From Microcoleus sp. (GTDB taxonomy: Bacteria; Cyanobacteriota; Cyanobacteriia; Cyanobacteriales; Microcoleaceae): a stretch of 64,000 nucleotides of DNA. The translations under genes were made by a program, and so were the position numbers. Below are positions 23,193 to 34,974 of the stretch, in pieces. The stretch is taken from contig CP181291.1 in NCBI GenBank assembly GCA_052279835.1, positions 1,888,001-1,952,000 on the forward strand. Reading direction: 5' to 3'. Positions within the stretch are counted from its first letter, which is position 1; each line of letters begins with the position of its first letter. The notes under the pieces were generated by a model. The model searched no databases, was not told where the DNA came from, and saw only the letters and a program-made list of their open reading frames with translations.

Positions 23193-25820
23193 ATGCCTTA
23201 CACTGCATCTACCCCAACAGACCCCAATCAAGCAAATATTCGTAATGCCGACTACCGCTTACTAGAGTTTAATAAGCTGACACCGATGATGCAGCGGTAT
23301 GTGGAAGTCAAAGAACAATATCCCCACGCACTTTTATTATTTCGAGTCGGAGATTTTTTTGAGTGCTTTTTCCAAGATGCAGTGACGATTTCGCGGGAAT
23401 TAGAGCTGGTTTGTACTAGCAAAGAAAGCGGCAAGGAAATTGGACGAGTGCCGATGACAGGAGTGCCACACCATGCACTCGATCGCTACACTTCAATGTT
23501 AGTAGAAAAAGGCTATGCTGTAGTAGTTTGTGACCAAGTAGAAGATGCAGCGATCGCAGCTAGAGAAGGCCGTCAAGTCAAGCGCGAAATTACCAGAATT
23601 CTGACTCCCGGAACTTTGACTGATGACGGAATGCTTAAACCCAAACAAAATAACTTTTTAGCAGCAATCGTTATAGCTGGAACCCATTGGGGATTGGCTT
23701 ATACAGATATTTCTACCGGAGAATTTGTCACTACACAAGCAGATAGTTTAGAACAATTAAATCTAGAATTGTTGCGTTTGCAACCGTCGGAAGTGCTAGT
23801 ACCAACGAATGCTCCCGATTTGGTGACTATGTTGAGACCAGGCGAAAAATCCGATCATTTACCAGAGTGTTTACCAAGTTCGTTTTGCTATTCTTTGCGA
23901 TCGCAAATTCCCTTTACTTTGGGAGAGGCAAAACAGAGAATCCTGCAAAAGTTCAAAGTGCGATCGCTCGAAGGTATGGGGTGTGGACAGCTTCCCTTAG
24001 CAGTACGCGCAGCCGGGGGTTTGCTGCAATATCTCGAAGAAACTCAAAAAGGAAATGCCGTTCCTTTGCAAGTATTACACACTTATACCATCACGGATTT
24101 TCTCACACTAGACTATCAAACCCGTCGCAATCTCGAAATTACTCAAACTGTGAGAGATGGGGTTTTTCATGGTTCTTTGCTGTGGGCGATAGACAAAACT
24201 AGCACTGCAATGGGAGGTCGGGCTTTACGGCGGTGGGTGCTGCAACCTTTACTGAATATTAAAGGCATTTGCGCGCGACATGACACGATTCAAGAATTAG
24301 TAGAAGATAACTACCTGCGCCAAGATTTGCAGCAGTTATTACGCCAAATTTACGACATAGAAAGACTGACTGGGCGCACTGGTTCTGGAACAGCTAGCCC
24401 GCGAGATTTAGTCGCTTTAGCTGATTCTTTGAAAAAACTGCCGGAGTTAGCTGCGATTTCAGCCCAAGGTCGATCGCCCTATCTGAAATCACTGCAAAAT
24501 GTCCCGCCAATTTTAGAAGAATTAGCAACTAAAATTCACGCTCATTTAGTTGACGAACCGCCGATTCATTTAAAAGAAGGAGGGTTGATTCGTTCGGGAA
24601 TTAATTCCCTACTAGATGAAATGCGGCAAACAGCATCAGCCGATCAGGAGTGGATTGCTCATTTAGAGGCAAATGAAAGAAAACGCACCGGAATTTCTAA
24701 TTTAAAAGTAGGTTACAATAAAGCTTTCGGGTATTATATCAGCATTACAAAATCGAAAGTAGACCAAGTACCAAATGACTACACGCGCAAGCAAACTCTC
24801 ACTAATGAAGAACGCTACAGCACAGAAGAATTAAAACAAAGAGAAGTACGAATTCTGACAGCGCGGGAAGATTTAAATCAACTAGAATATGATATTTTTG
24901 CTCAAGTACGCGCCGAGGTAGGAGAACACGCCGAAATTATTCGCAATGTTTCCCGCGCCGTGGCCGCGGCCGATGTTTTGTGCGGTTTGGCAGAAGTAGC
25001 TGTTTATCAAAATTACTGTCGCCCAACGATGGTTGAAAGTAGGGAAATTAAAATTATTGAAGGTTGTCATCCGGTGGTCGAAAAGTCTTTACCTCCGGGC
25101 TTTTTTGTACCTAATTCGGCTTTTTTGGGTCGGGAAGCATCGCTAAATCGACCAGATTTAATTATTTTAACTGGACCGAATGCTAGTGGCAAAAGTTGTT
25201 ATTTGCGACAGGTGGGTTTGATTCAGTTGATGGCGCAGATGGGGAGTTTTGTGCCGGCGAAGGCTGCTACTTTGGGAATTTGCGATCGCATTTTTACCCG
25301 CGTTGGCGCGGTGGATGATTTGGCAACAGGTCAGTCTACGTTTATGGTAGAAATGAATGAAACTGCAAATATTCTCAACCACGCAACACCAAAATCCTTG
25401 GTTTTGTTAGATGAAATTGGCAGGGGAACGGCGACGTTTGACGGACTTTCGATTGCTTGGTCTGTGGCAGAATACTTGGCGAATGAGATTCGGGCGCGGA
25501 CAATTTTTGCTACCCATTATCATGAGTTGAATGAGTTGGCTTCTATTTTAAATAATGTAGCAAATTACCAAGTTACGGTCAAGGAATTGCCCGATCAAAT
25601 AGTATTTTTGCACCAAGTTCAGCCTGGAGGTGCTGATAAGTCTTATGGGATTGAAGCGGGGAGATTAGCTGGTTTACCAACCTCGGTAATTGAGAGAGCA
25701 AGACAGGTGATGAAGCAGATTGAGAAACATAGTAAAATTGCGATCGGGCTGCGGAAAGGAGTTAAAAAAGAGGAAAAAGAAGATGCTGATGGCGAACAAT
25801 TGGATATTTTTGATGCTTGA
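23193..25820 (+). CDS. mutS: DNA mismatch repair protein MutS
   Basis: GDFFE mismatch-binding motif, [23 protein letters not shown] and C-terminal clamp motif QLDIF. Confidence 0.98.
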   Translation: MPYTASTPTDPNQANIRNADYRLLEFNKLTPMMQRYVEVKEQYPHALLLFRVGDFFECFFQDAVTISRELELVCTSKESGKEIGRVPMTGVPHHALDRYTSMLVEKGYAVVVCDQVEDAAIAAREGRQVKREITRILTPGTLTDDGMLKPKQNNFLAAIVIAGTHWGLAYTDISTGEFVTTQADSLEQLNLELLRLQPSEVLVPTNAPDLVTMLRPGEKSDHLPECLPSSFCYSLRSQIPFTLGEAKQRILQKFKVRSLEGMGCGQLPLAVRAAGGLLQYLEETQKGNAVPLQVLHTYTITDFLTLDYQTRRNLEITQTVRDGVFHGSLLWAIDKTSTAMGGRALRRWVLQPLLNIKGICARHDTIQELVEDNYLRQDLQQLLRQIYDIERLTGRTGSGTASPRDLVALADSLKKLPELAAISAQGRSPYLKSLQNVPPILEELATKIHAHLVDEPPIHLKEGGLIRSGINSLLDEMRQTASADQEWIAHLEANERKRTGISNLKVGYNKAFGYYISITKSKVDQVPNDYTRKQTLTNEERYSTEELKQREVRILTAREDLNQLEYDIFAQVRAEVGEHAEIIRNVSRAVAAADVLCGLAEVAVYQNYCRPTMVESREIKIIEGCHPVVEKSLPPGFFVPNSAFLGREASLNRPDLIILTGPNASGKSCYLRQVGLIQLMAQMGSFVPAKAATLGICDRIFTRVGAVDDLATGQSTFMVEMNETANILNHATPKSLVLLDEIGRGTATFDGLSIAWSVAEYLANEIRARTIFATHYHELNELASILNNVANYQVTVKELPDQIVFLHQVQPGGADKSYGIEAGRLAGLPTSVIERARQVMKQIEKHSKIAIGLRKGVKKEEKEDADGEQLDIFDA

Positions 25821-25849
25821 GATTTCACCTAAAAATTGTTTTTAGACAA

Positions 25850-25985
25850 GTAGGGTGCGTCAGATAATAACAACCTGTTGAAATCTAAAGAATCAAAGTC
25901 TGATATAAATTTCAGTTGCACCGTCAGGTAATAGTTGAATGTTTGCTCCTTCCCATCCAACCGGAAACAATATGACGCAGCCTAC
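25850..25985. repeat. GTAG-REP hairpin interrupted by a MITE (25904..25972)
   Basis: Left arm GTAGGGTGCGTCAGA; right arm TCTGA|..|TGACGCAGCCTAC is split by an insert flanked by duplicated TGA. Confidence 0.78.
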
Positions 25986-26028
25986 AACTCAGCTTTAAGG
26001 ACTAAATTCCTGTACTAAAAACTCATAA

Positions 26029-26739
26029 CTACCGTCCATTTTGTAACTTTTTTACCTCTTTGTGTACGCTCATGCCTATCTCCAAAGCCTCATTCAACAA
26101 TCTCCCGTATTCAGTTGCCCGATCGCTCACATCCATCGCCATCAAGGCAGCCAAATTACTTTCAATATTAGCAAATAATTCGTAACGACGACCAATAAAC
26201 TCCTGATTTTCCCGGAGAATTCTTTCGGTTTTTAAAGCACAAACTAAACTTTCCCTAGTAACGTTTAATGCTTCAATTGCATCCTCTCGATTCATCAAAT
26301 TGGCTTGGAGATTGCCAACGGCTATTAAGCGATCGATAATATCGAGAGCCTTAATCACCTCATGATACTTGTCAACTTCATCTAGCAAACCAGCCAAGGT
26401 TGCTAGAGGCCTTGCCTTTACCCATCTATACAAATTCCAAGCTACAGCAATGGCTACGGACAAGCCCAAAGTTAGTTGTAAAACCCAAACAAATATCTGA
26501 GAATCGCTAAAGGAACCAACTTTATGTTGAGTAGCCAGTAAAGCAACAGGGAGGGAAACCACTAAGGTTACGCAAAATATCAGCAACTCATTTAACAGCA
26601 TAGAAAATAGCTTTCTGCTGTCTCGGAAAGCGCCATGTCTGTAAAAATTACCGGCAAAACCGTCACCCAAAGCTATGCCGCTCAATTCCTCTAACTCCGT
26701 TTCAGGAATTAGTAATTCATCTAAGTCCGATTGTATCAC
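26029..26739 (-). CDS. Hypothetical membrane protein with a C-terminal coiled coil
   Basis: 2 TM helices then a helical charged domain; GTG start. Confidence 0.75.
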   Translation of the reverse strand: MIQSDLDELLIPETELEELSGIALGDGFAGNFYRHGAFRDSRKLFSMLLNELLIFCVTLVVSLPVALLATQHKVGSFSDSQIFVWVLQLTLGLSVAIAVAWNLYRWVKARPLATLAGLLDEVDKYHEVIKALDIIDRLIAVGNLQANLMNREDAIEALNVTRESLVCALKTERILRENQEFIGRRYELFANIESNLAALMAMDVSDRATEYGRLLNEALEIGMSVHKEVKKLQNGR

Positions 26740-26768
26740 TATTTCAAATCTCCTTAATTTAGTATTAA

Positions 26769-27446
26769 TTAAAACCCTCCTATAGACCTAATTGAATCCC
26801 AGAGACTCATATAAAAATTGCTTTCTCGGCTTCGGAATAGTTGAAATACCATTCCCGGCGACCCAAAAAAAGGTCTGAGAGTCCATCCCAACTGACTCCC
26901 AACAAAGGCATAAAGTCCCAACCAGAAGCGCAAAATATTTAGCCGGATATCTTTGCCTTCAGCATCTTGTTCGGAAAGGAAGTGCATTCCTTGATAAAAA
27001 AAACTAATTCCTAAAAATCCTGTAATTGCCATAATGGCAACATTCAACAACAGGAAAAAATTGTAATTGTTACTACTCAGTAAAAAAAATAGACTTACAG
27101 GTGCAAATCCAAACATCAAGATGCTAATCATCGCCATTGCTGTCATTAACAATGCCAAATACTGTTCAAAAGTTTGTTTTGAACCAAACATGACATTGAA
27201 AAAGTAGAGTGTAGGAAAACAAATAATCAGTGTGAGCAAGTAAAGTGCTGGTAGCTTAATTGCTGACACTAGACATTGCATCCACGTACTAGATGCACCT
27301 AAAATTGCTCCATAAATGGAAAAAAATACTGTACTAGAAATCAACAGCCCGAAAATTTTAGATTTGAGCTTAGCACCTTCGCGGATTTCTTCTAGAAACT
27401 GTTGCCGTTCCCGCAGCAAATACATTACTACTGAAAAATATTTCAC
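26769..27446 (-). CDS. Conserved multi-pass membrane protein (Yip1-like)
   Basis: About 5 TM helices; KLPALYL.TL.IC.PTLY and FVG.QL.W.LRPFFG motifs. Confidence 0.75.
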   Translation of the reverse strand: MKYFSVVMYLLRERQQFLEEIREGAKLKSKIFGLLISSTVFFSIYGAILGASSTWMQCLVSAIKLPALYLLTLIICFPTLYFFNVMFGSKQTFEQYLALLMTAMAMISILMFGFAPVSLFFLLSSNNYNFFLLLNVAIMAITGFLGISFFYQGMHFLSEQDAEGKDIRLNILRFWLGLYAFVGSQLGWTLRPFFGSPGMVFQLFRSRESNFYMSLWDSIRSIGGF

Positions 27447-27584
27447 GGGTTCTCCTTGTGACTGATGCTACTCCGAATCGGTTATAACTCAAGTTGATTT
27501 AGATGTGCAAGAGCTTGTCAGATTTATCTAGTCTCAAGGGAGAAGGGTGAAGGGAGAGCTAAAATTCTCCCCCTCTGGAAATAT

Positions 27585-28157
27585 CTAGCGACAGGTGCGA
27601 TATTTGATGTGATAAACCAAACCACGGTGAGCCAGATCGAAGGAGTCAACGGTGGCCGTACCAGCACCACTGGCAGTCATCGCAGCATTGACTCTCATGT
27701 TGATGCTGTCACCACAACGAGACCAAACATCTGCTACAGTGGCTAAGCTATCTCGAACGTTATAGTTCGTTTCCCCGTTAAAATTCCGGGAAAAAATTGG
27801 GCCTCGGCTGCCTGCAAAAAAGTATTCTGCTCTTAAGTTGGCGCTAGTTTTTGGTGCGATATAACCACGATAATCAGCATCGTAGAGAGAAATTTGGAAA
27901 CCTTGAGGTACTTTGATGGGAATGCTGAGATTACAGCTTTTGCGTTTTTCTGCGGAGATATTTCCCTGGGCTACAAACTTATCAAATAGAATGGTTAGTT
28001 CTTGACCATCGGGGCTGACGCTGACACTGGCGGATCTGTCGGGACAACCACTACCACCATAGCTTGCGCCTAAGATTTCCACTTTTTCCTGCGCTAAGGC
28101 GGAGCTAATGGAAGCAGACATTAATGTGGTGGCCAGTAAGAGTTTTAAAAATTTCAT
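27585..28157 (-). CDS. DUF4360 family secreted protein
   Basis: Signal peptide; YGGSGCP, F..F.A..RK.C and ADYRGY motifs. Confidence 0.85.
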   Translation of the reverse strand: MKFLKLLLATTLMSASISSALAQEKVEILGASYGGSGCPDRSASVSVSPDGQELTILFDKFVAQGNISAEKRKSCNLSIPIKVPQGFQISLYDADYRGYIAPKTSANLRAEYFFAGSRGPIFSRNFNGETNYNVRDSLATVADVWSRCGDSINMRVNAAMTASGAGTATVDSFDLAHRGLVYHIKYRTCR

Positions 28158-29085
28158 GGAATTTCTCCTAGATCAATTTTGATCTATTAATTTGGGTGTG
28201 AAAAACACTCCGTTTGATAGATGAATCAAAATTTAGGCAAACCCTGTCTCATGAGGAGATTACAAGTTTTTTCTTGTTAGCTCAACAGCTTAGAACTACT
28301 ATCTACTGAGCTATATAATATTACCTTGCTCAGTGGTTTTTGGATGAGTACGCTGGCTCAATAAATATTTATTCTTTGCTGATACTTTCTAAGATTCATT
28401 TCTTCTAAATAAAGTTCCGGAAGATTCCAGATAACAAGTTTGGTTTTCCTGGAAAATAAGAACCTAGAAAGCAGAGAAATTGCTGAGTGTTTAGTCTATC
28501 TTTGGGCGGAGGAAAATTTCTGACAATTTTTGAGAGGAATTAGGGCTTGATTCTACTGCGAATGGGAGATGCAGGCGATCGCCTTGGAAGCACGGAATTC
28601 TCTTGTTGTGGAGTCTGGGGTGGGCGGTAATATTTATTTTTCAATTAAAATCACAGGCGATCTCAATAAAAAATGTTGCTAAATATTAATAATCAAAAAT
28701 CCTCTAGTATTAAGACCAGAGCCATTAATTGACGAGCTTGTTTTTTTTGCTTCTGCATATCTTATGACAGGTCAAAAAATGATTATCTGCTGTATACACA
28801 AATACATTCATTTAACTATCAGTAGATTAACATAAGTCTTGGTTTGATAATATTTGAGAACCTAAATTGTCATAATCAAACATCAGCTAAAACTTATGGC
28901 ACGCACAGATTGCAGGAAGTTTTAAAATTAGATTCGTAAATTGCATCCTCTAGATGTATTTACTGCATCTATCGATAAAATTATATGTATTTAATAGAAG
29001 TAATTCCTGCAATTAGTTAATAGAATAGAGGTATGCTCCTGACCGTTGACGATCGACTACTATTTTTTTGGACGAGGAAAAAATC

Positions 29086-29232
29086 ATGGATACTACCGTA
29101 GAAAAAAAAGCCCCACCTCAGCCTGTTGAGCAAGTTAAAATTAAAACCACGAACAGCTTAGAGTTTGAGCTTTGGGCTAAAGCCGTCAAACGCCAGATGA
29201 TTGCAGCACTCTCTAAAAAGAGCGAAAGCTAA
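29086..29232 (+). CDS. Small protein (48 aa)
   Basis: Below the ORF-track cutoff. GAGGA RBS; MDTTVEKK...LEFELWAKAVKRQMIAALSKKSES with an amphipathic C-terminal helix. Confidence 0.7.
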   Translation: MDTTVEKKAPPQPVEQVKIKTTNSLEFELWAKAVKRQMIAALSKKSES

Positions 29233-29409
29233 GAGTTCAGGGGCTTTTGTGTGCGAGTTTTGTAAATTGAGTTAAGAAAATAGTTGTTTGTGTTGTTGTC
29301 CCAGAAGGGAAGGGGAGAGTGGAAGAGTGGGAGAGGGGGAGAATTGATACTTCTGGCTTCTGGCTTCTGCCTTCTACCTTCTACCTTCTGTCTGCTATTT
29401 TTCATTAGC

Positions 29410-31338
29410 TTAAGAACCCTTCTCAACTGCGGCAAGCAACCGTAGATTTCCGTCTTGAAGCTGCACAGCTTTCACTGTTCCCAAAGCGACTCTTTGTAGA
29501 CCGTTATTCATCGCCACCTCAATTTTAATTTTCGGGTCGGCGAGTAAGCCAAGCCTGCCCCATAACCACTTGACTTGAGTAGCAGGAAAAGATTTGAGTT
29601 CCATATCTAAAAAGGGCGAACTAACCCAGCGGTTCCCGTCGTAGAAACTGGCGACCTGCACCTGATACCAAACTTGTTTTTCTGTCAGTTTTAACTGATT
29701 TTTAGGTTCTGGTTCCATCCATTCATTGGGATTAATAGTGCTAAGTAAAGTAGCCGAACCCATGATTTGACTTTTGTGCTGTTCTAAACTTTCAGCTAGG
29801 GAAACTGATTCGTCAAGTTTATTGACTAAATTCCGAATACGGTTCCTAGTTTCGCTGTCGGTATCTGATTGTTGATCGAGCCAATTCATCGCCTCGCGAG
29901 TCCCATCTTGAGCGGCGATAATGAGTGCGCCCCAAGCTTTGACATCTCCATCACTAGAATTCACTCTCAAAGCTGCGTCTACACGATTCAAGAGTTTGCC
30001 ATTGTCATTTTTTAGGGTTTTGGCAATTTCGTGACTGTTGCTAGGATCGGCTTCAAATACCTGCAAAGCCTCTCTCCAGCGACCGTCTATCAACTCTGCG
30101 AGAACTTGTTGACCGGGACTGGCCCAAGAGGCGATCGCCTGAGCCTTAGTAATTTTAGCGTGAAATTCGATCGTATCTAGCTGAGCTTGGGCTAGAGTCG
30201 GCCAATTAGGACCGGCTTTTCCCTTAGCAATACGCATCACATTTAAAGCTGGAGACCACAGGCCACTTTTGGCAAGTCGCAAACCATTTTTGTAGGTTTC
30301 GTCATTTAAAGCAAATTCTTCCAAAGAAATCGGGTTTAACTGAACAGGATTCGGGACAAATTTGCGCGGGCCAATTTGATAAAGAGTAAATTGGGGTTCC
30401 AAACCAACTGTTTGATCGATCGCCAATTGTGGAGACGAACCCTTAACAATTTGCTGCCAATTGGGCGGTTGTCCGGCGGCACTCACCCATTCCAAGAGCG
30501 AGATTAAATGATTTTGGCTGGGGTTGTAGCGAACCACCTGTCCGTAGGGAAGTTTTTTATCGCCCCGTACTAATTGACCGCTGACATTAAACCAAATTCC
30601 CGAAGTCGGTGCTTTGCCATTAAATCGGCGCAGTTCGGTTAAAGGTAGAGACTGATTCGAGCCAAGAGTATCTGACTTGGAGTCAGCTAAAGAAGCGAGT
30701 ACAAAAGATTCTGCTGGACCTTCTACATTTACGGAACTGGTTAGTTGAAAATACTCGACTTTATCTGAATCTCGATCGGGAAGTTGCACGCGCTTGTATA
30801 CGCGAAGTTCGACAATTTGACGACAAGGATTTTTGCAGGATGTTGTGGCGTTAACAGTCCTTTCCACCATCACAGGTAAGAGTAAATCAGAAATCGAAGA
30901 ATCAGTGGAGTTATTGATAGGAAGTGGCAGAGGTTCTCCGGTGACAAATCCCAATTTACGGATGCTAGCTTGAATTTGAGCGAGAGTTTGAATAGAATCT
31001 CTGGTGGCGAGGGGAAGCCGGGACCATTCCGGCACAAATTTAGCGATCAACTTGTTACCGTTGGGATCGACAATCAGTTGATAACTCAGCCATGCGCCCC
31101 CGCCCATCAAAGCAGCGAAGCCACACAACACGCTGAGGGCTGTGAAATTAGCGATCAGTCTTTTCCAGGGATATCTGGCGACGGATGTTGGGGTAGGAGT
31201 TTTTGATTTGGGGGTTTTAGATGGAGATTCTGGAGAATTTTGGGTGCGTCGGGCTTGGCGGCGGCGTCTGGTGGGGGGAACTTTGGCATTTTCTGGGGGT
31301 TTGGCTCGATTTTTGGAGGGGTTAATTTTGTGTTCCAT
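29410..31338 (-). CDS. Hypothetical membrane-anchored protein
   Basis: 642-aa ORF; basic disordered N-terminus, one TM, large extracytoplasmic region with helical repeats. Confidence 0.8.
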   Translation of the reverse strand: MEHKINPSKNRAKPPENAKVPPTRRRRQARRTQNSPESPSKTPKSKTPTPTSVARYPWKRLIANFTALSVLCGFAALMGGGAWLSYQLIVDPNGNKLIAKFVPEWSRLPLATRDSIQTLAQIQASIRKLGFVTGEPLPLPINNSTDSSISDLLLPVMVERTVNATTSCKNPCRQIVELRVYKRVQLPDRDSDKVEYFQLTSSVNVEGPAESFVLASLADSKSDTLGSNQSLPLTELRRFNGKAPTSGIWFNVSGQLVRGDKKLPYGQVVRYNPSQNHLISLLEWVSAAGQPPNWQQIVKGSSPQLAIDQTVGLEPQFTLYQIGPRKFVPNPVQLNPISLEEFALNDETYKNGLRLAKSGLWSPALNVMRIAKGKAGPNWPTLAQAQLDTIEFHAKITKAQAIASWASPGQQVLAELIDGRWREALQVFEADPSNSHEIAKTLKNDNGKLLNRVDAALRVNSSDGDVKAWGALIIAAQDGTREAMNWLDQQSDTDSETRNRIRNLVNKLDESVSLAESLEQHKSQIMGSATLLSTINPNEWMEPEPKNQLKLTEKQVWYQVQVASFYDGNRWVSSPFLDMELKSFPATQVKWLWGRLGLLADPKIKIEVAMNNGLQRVALGTVKAVQLQDGNLRLLAAVEKGS

Positions 31339-31429
31339 CGTGAAATTTTAGGATTTAGATTTTAGAATTTATGTTTAAAATTGCCATAGACATGGCCCAT
31401 AATTATTGTGGAACATGTCTTACAGTCTG

Positions 31430-32761
31430 TTAAGAACAGGGTTTTGGCCAGATGTCTAATAGTCGATCGTATTGCCGACCTATGGTATCCCAGGTGTATT
31501 GGGTTTCGATGTGCGATCGGGCATTTTGAGACAATTCGTGTCTTAGGTGTGGATTTTCAAACAAAGTGCTAATCGCTTCAACATACTCCTGAACTTCATT
31601 AGCGCGCAAGGCCAAGATCGGTTGTGACTCACCGCCGATGGCTAAACCTTCCAAACCTCGATCGCTTGCAACAATGGGTGTTCCAGCAGCCATCGCCTCC
31701 AAAGTTTTATTTTTTATCCCCAAACCAATTCGCATCGGGACTAGACAAACAGTAGCCTGATGCAAATATTCTGCCACCTTTTGGACTCTGCCTAGAACTT
31801 GAATTCCTGGTAGTTTCCCCAAAGCCAAGACGGAGGGTACTGGGGAAGTTCCGACTAAGGTGAGGGTAGTATCGGGATAGCGTTGCTGTAGGATTGGTAA
31901 GATCTCCAAGCTCAAAAATCTGGCTGCGTCTATGTTGGGCAAATTGTTCATCGCCCCTGCAAAGATTAAGGTGTGTCCTCCCGGATCGATCGCCCGATGG
32001 GGAAATTCGACTAAATCAACTCCGTTGGGAATTACCTCAATGGTTGGCATTGAGAAATAGTCTATTCTTTTTTCCCTCTTTCTAGGCGACAACAACTGGA
32101 GAAGTAGTTGCTTGTCTGTGGATGTGGTCGCCACAATGCGAGAGAATTTGGCACAGTAGCGTTTTTCATAGCGGGCTAGGAGGGGTAAATTGAGTCGATC
32201 GCGCAGGGGGTTTTCTGATGTGCCTGTTTCTAAAATTTGCTTACAAGTTCCCCAAACTGAACTGTGAATATTTACGACTGTCAGGAGTTTTTGTCGCCAC
32301 TGTGGACGGACGTAAATCTCGTTAACGCTGTGTTCGCAAGTAATAGCATCGCACTTCCCTGCTGTGACTAACTCATCTACCCAATTCTGCATTGCTGGCG
32401 AGTAGCTTGAGAGTACATTGGGAGGTGTCCCGGATTGCAAAAATCCAGCAAATCTGCCTAGTTTTCCCACTATTCCATAGAATCCCCCCTCAATCCCCCC
32501 CCAGCTTCGGGGGGGTAGTCTTAGCCCCCCCTTGGTAAGGGGGGGTTGGGGGGGTATTTGGGGGTGGGGAAAAACGGCTAATTCTGCAACTTGCTGGCGC
32601 AATTGGTGAATTTGTGCATCGGTGACATCGGGCGATCGCAGTGTTCCGAGAATTACATGATGCCGCCTACTCAAATATTTTAATAAATGAAATGTCCTTA
32701 CCTGAGTTCCTCCGCGGCTTGGGGGATAGGGAAAAGTGGAGGAAAGCATTAAAATCTGCAT
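31430..32761 (-). CDS. Glycosyltransferase family 4
   Basis: FPYPP.RGG..R, IPNGVD, N.DA and G.GIKNK.LEAMAAG.P.V motifs. Confidence 0.92.
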   Translation of the reverse strand: MQILMLSSTFPYPPSRGGTQVRTFHLLKYLSRRHHVILGTLRSPDVTDAQIHQLRQQVAELAVFPHPQIPPQPPLTKGGLRLPPRSWGGIEGGFYGIVGKLGRFAGFLQSGTPPNVLSSYSPAMQNWVDELVTAGKCDAITCEHSVNEIYVRPQWRQKLLTVVNIHSSVWGTCKQILETGTSENPLRDRLNLPLLARYEKRYCAKFSRIVATTSTDKQLLLQLLSPRKREKRIDYFSMPTIEVIPNGVDLVEFPHRAIDPGGHTLIFAGAMNNLPNIDAARFLSLEILPILQQRYPDTTLTLVGTSPVPSVLALGKLPGIQVLGRVQKVAEYLHQATVCLVPMRIGLGIKNKTLEAMAAGTPIVASDRGLEGLAIGGESQPILALRANEVQEYVEAISTLFENPHLRHELSQNARSHIETQYTWDTIGRQYDRLLDIWPKPCS

Positions 32762-32945
32762 GGGATGTTCTACAAACAGGACTTAGGCAAAAATCCGTTT
32801 TCTGACCCGAATTATGTCATTTTAGGTGGATGACGATGGCTAGGAACCTGATTTTTAGGTTGATAGTGCATCCACTACTCATAAATAAAGTTACCGCCAA
32901 GCGATAAGATTGATTAATAAAACCTGTTTAACAATTTTCGCACCT

Positions 32946-33416
32946 ATGGACGAATTATCTGTTAAGGCGCTGCTGGAAGACTTGAAAAACTCCGACGAAA
33001 GGGTACGCGATCGCGCGACTACAGAACTCTGGCGCTGTTGGTTTCACCAGAAGGGGGAGTACGGGATGCAAATTCTCAGGCGATCGCAAGTTTCCCTGGA
33101 TGCAGGTGATGTTCGCCACGCTTTAGATTTGTTAACCAAACTGATTTCTCAAGAACCAGATTTTGCCGAAGCTTGGAATCGGCGCGCCGTACTTCACTAT
33201 ACCCAAGGAAATTATAAAAAGTCGCTCCAGGACTGCGAAATCGTCCTCAAACTCAACCCTATTCATTTTGGAGCTTTGCACGGGCTGGGTTTGTGCTACG
33301 CTGCTTTGGGAGAATACATAAATGCAATTCGAGCTTTTCGTCGCGCTTTAGAAATTCAACCTTTTGCGTTGGTTAATCAAAAGTTAGTTTTGGAATGTAC
33401 GGCTCGTTTGAGTTAA
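32946..33416 (+). CDS. TPR-repeat protein
   Basis: P.FAEAWNRRA..Y and LNP.HFGALHGLG TPR units. Confidence 0.85.
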   Translation: MDELSVKALLEDLKNSDERVRDRATTELWRCWFHQKGEYGMQILRRSQVSLDAGDVRHALDLLTKLISQEPDFAEAWNRRAVLHYTQGNYKKSLQDCEIVLKLNPIHFGALHGLGLCYAALGEYINAIRAFRRALEIQPFALVNQKLVLECTARLS

Positions 33417-33553
33417 AATACATTCACCTAAAATGTGATAGCAACCTTCTCGGCGGTTAGGATATTCTGAATCACTGAAACTATGACAGGGGCTGCATTT
33501 TCCTTCTTGCTTTTTCCTTGCTTCTTCAAATCGACCTTCTGCTATATAAGTTT

Positions 33554-34510
33554 GTGCCCAAAATTAGTGTTTGTATTCCTACTTACAATCGAGTGCATTT
33601 GCTGGCTGGTGCGATCGCCAGCGTGCTAGCTCAAACTTATACAGATTTTGAATTAATTGTCTGCGATGACGGCTCTACTGACAGCACAGCGCTGTTAATG
33701 TCGGAATTTGTAGACGAAGGGATTAGCTACATTCGTCACCCGTATCATATTGGTAAAAGCAATAATATGCGATCGGGCTTGGCGGCGTGTCGGGGTGAAT
33801 ATTTTATTAAATTTGACGATGACGATCGCCTGAGTCCACAATTTTTGGAACGGACCTCTGCTATTTTAGATAAAGACCCCAGCATTGATTTTGTCAGTAC
33901 GGATCACTGGGTGATTGACATTAATAATCACATAGATGAAATCCAGACTAAACTGAATTCGCAAAGATGGGGCCGCAGTTCGTTGGCGGCGGGAATTATT
34001 GAAGATTTGTTGACCGCGGTTTTTGTGAAACAAAGTTTGCAAATAGGGGCAACTTTGTTTCGCCGGACTGCGTTGGAAGAGGTAGGGTTTCTGCGGCCAA
34101 ATTGGCAAAATTGTGAAGATAACGATTTGTTTGTCAGACTTGCTATCGCTGGAAAAAGATGCTATTATTTGCCGGAACTTTTGATGGAATATCGATTCCA
34201 TGCCGAACAGCAAGGGAGCGATCGGGCTATTCCCTATTTGACTGATAAATTGCGCTATTTGACGAGTTACGAGTTTGATGAGGAAAAGTTGGAAACGGTC
34301 AGGCTCAGAAGGATTGCAGAAACTCAATTAGCGCTGGGTCTGCGGCTGATTGAGGTGGGTGAAACTGAGAAAGGGTGGGGGATGGTGCGATCGGGCAAGT
34401 CTGTTTCTGTGGCGAAAATGTGGGCTGGTTTGGCGCTGTCTTTGTTGCCGGTGGAGTGGCGGGGAAAAGCTTTTGAGGTTGTACGAGAGTTGGTGAAAGG
34501 GGAGTTGTGA
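33554..34510 (+). CDS. Glycosyltransferase family 2
   Basis: ISVCIPTYNR, VCDDGSTD and FDDDD; GTG start at 33554 preferred. Confidence 0.92.
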   Translation: MPKISVCIPTYNRVHLLAGAIASVLAQTYTDFELIVCDDGSTDSTALLMSEFVDEGISYIRHPYHIGKSNNMRSGLAACRGEYFIKFDDDDRLSPQFLERTSAILDKDPSIDFVSTDHWVIDINNHIDEIQTKLNSQRWGRSSLAAGIIEDLLTAVFVKQSLQIGATLFRRTALEEVGFLRPNWQNCEDNDLFVRLAIAGKRCYYLPELLMEYRFHAEQQGSDRAIPYLTDKLRYLTSYEFDEEKLETVRLRRIAETQLALGLRLIEVGETEKGWGMVRSGKSVSVAKMWAGLALSLLPVEWRGKAFEVVRELVKGEL

Positions 34511-34555
34511 ATTTTAAGATCGAGTTAGGTTCAACAGAGGCGATCGCCAGCTATT

Positions 34556-34846
34556 TCACAATACTCCTGACTCTAATTGGTCTAAATATATAAACTCAGG
34601 AGCTTTAACTCCGGCTTCTTCTCTAATTTTAACCAGTTTAGGCGACTCAAAAAATGCCCTAGCATCTGCGATTGATGTCCAGGCGGAAAAATGAACAATT
34701 TTGTTGGGTTCATTTTCATATTTCAAGACTTGATACGATCGCTCTCCAGCTTCTTTTCGGATGGTTGCAGCACGCTCGAATACCGATTTCCAAGCTTCAT
34801 AATTTTCTACTTCATGAATAATTAATACATACTGCATAGCAATCAC
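34556..34846 (-). CDS. ABM/dimeric alpha-beta barrel family small protein
   Basis: H.V..Y..WK..F..R..AG and A.AF..S..L..AGV..P pattern. Confidence 0.7.
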   Translation of the reverse strand: MIAMQYVLIIHEVENYEAWKSVFERAATIRKEAGERSYQVLKYENEPNKIVHFSAWTSIADARAFFESPKLVKIREEAGVKAPEFIYLDQLESGVL

Positions 34847-34974
34847 ATCCCCATCGACTAGCTAGACTTTACCACGATGGGGACTACTTAAGCACTTAAA
34901 GAAGTCGGGAATCTAATACCGCGTTTTACGTTTAAAGTAGTAAACAGTGCTTTATCTAAATTTCCCCTAATATC

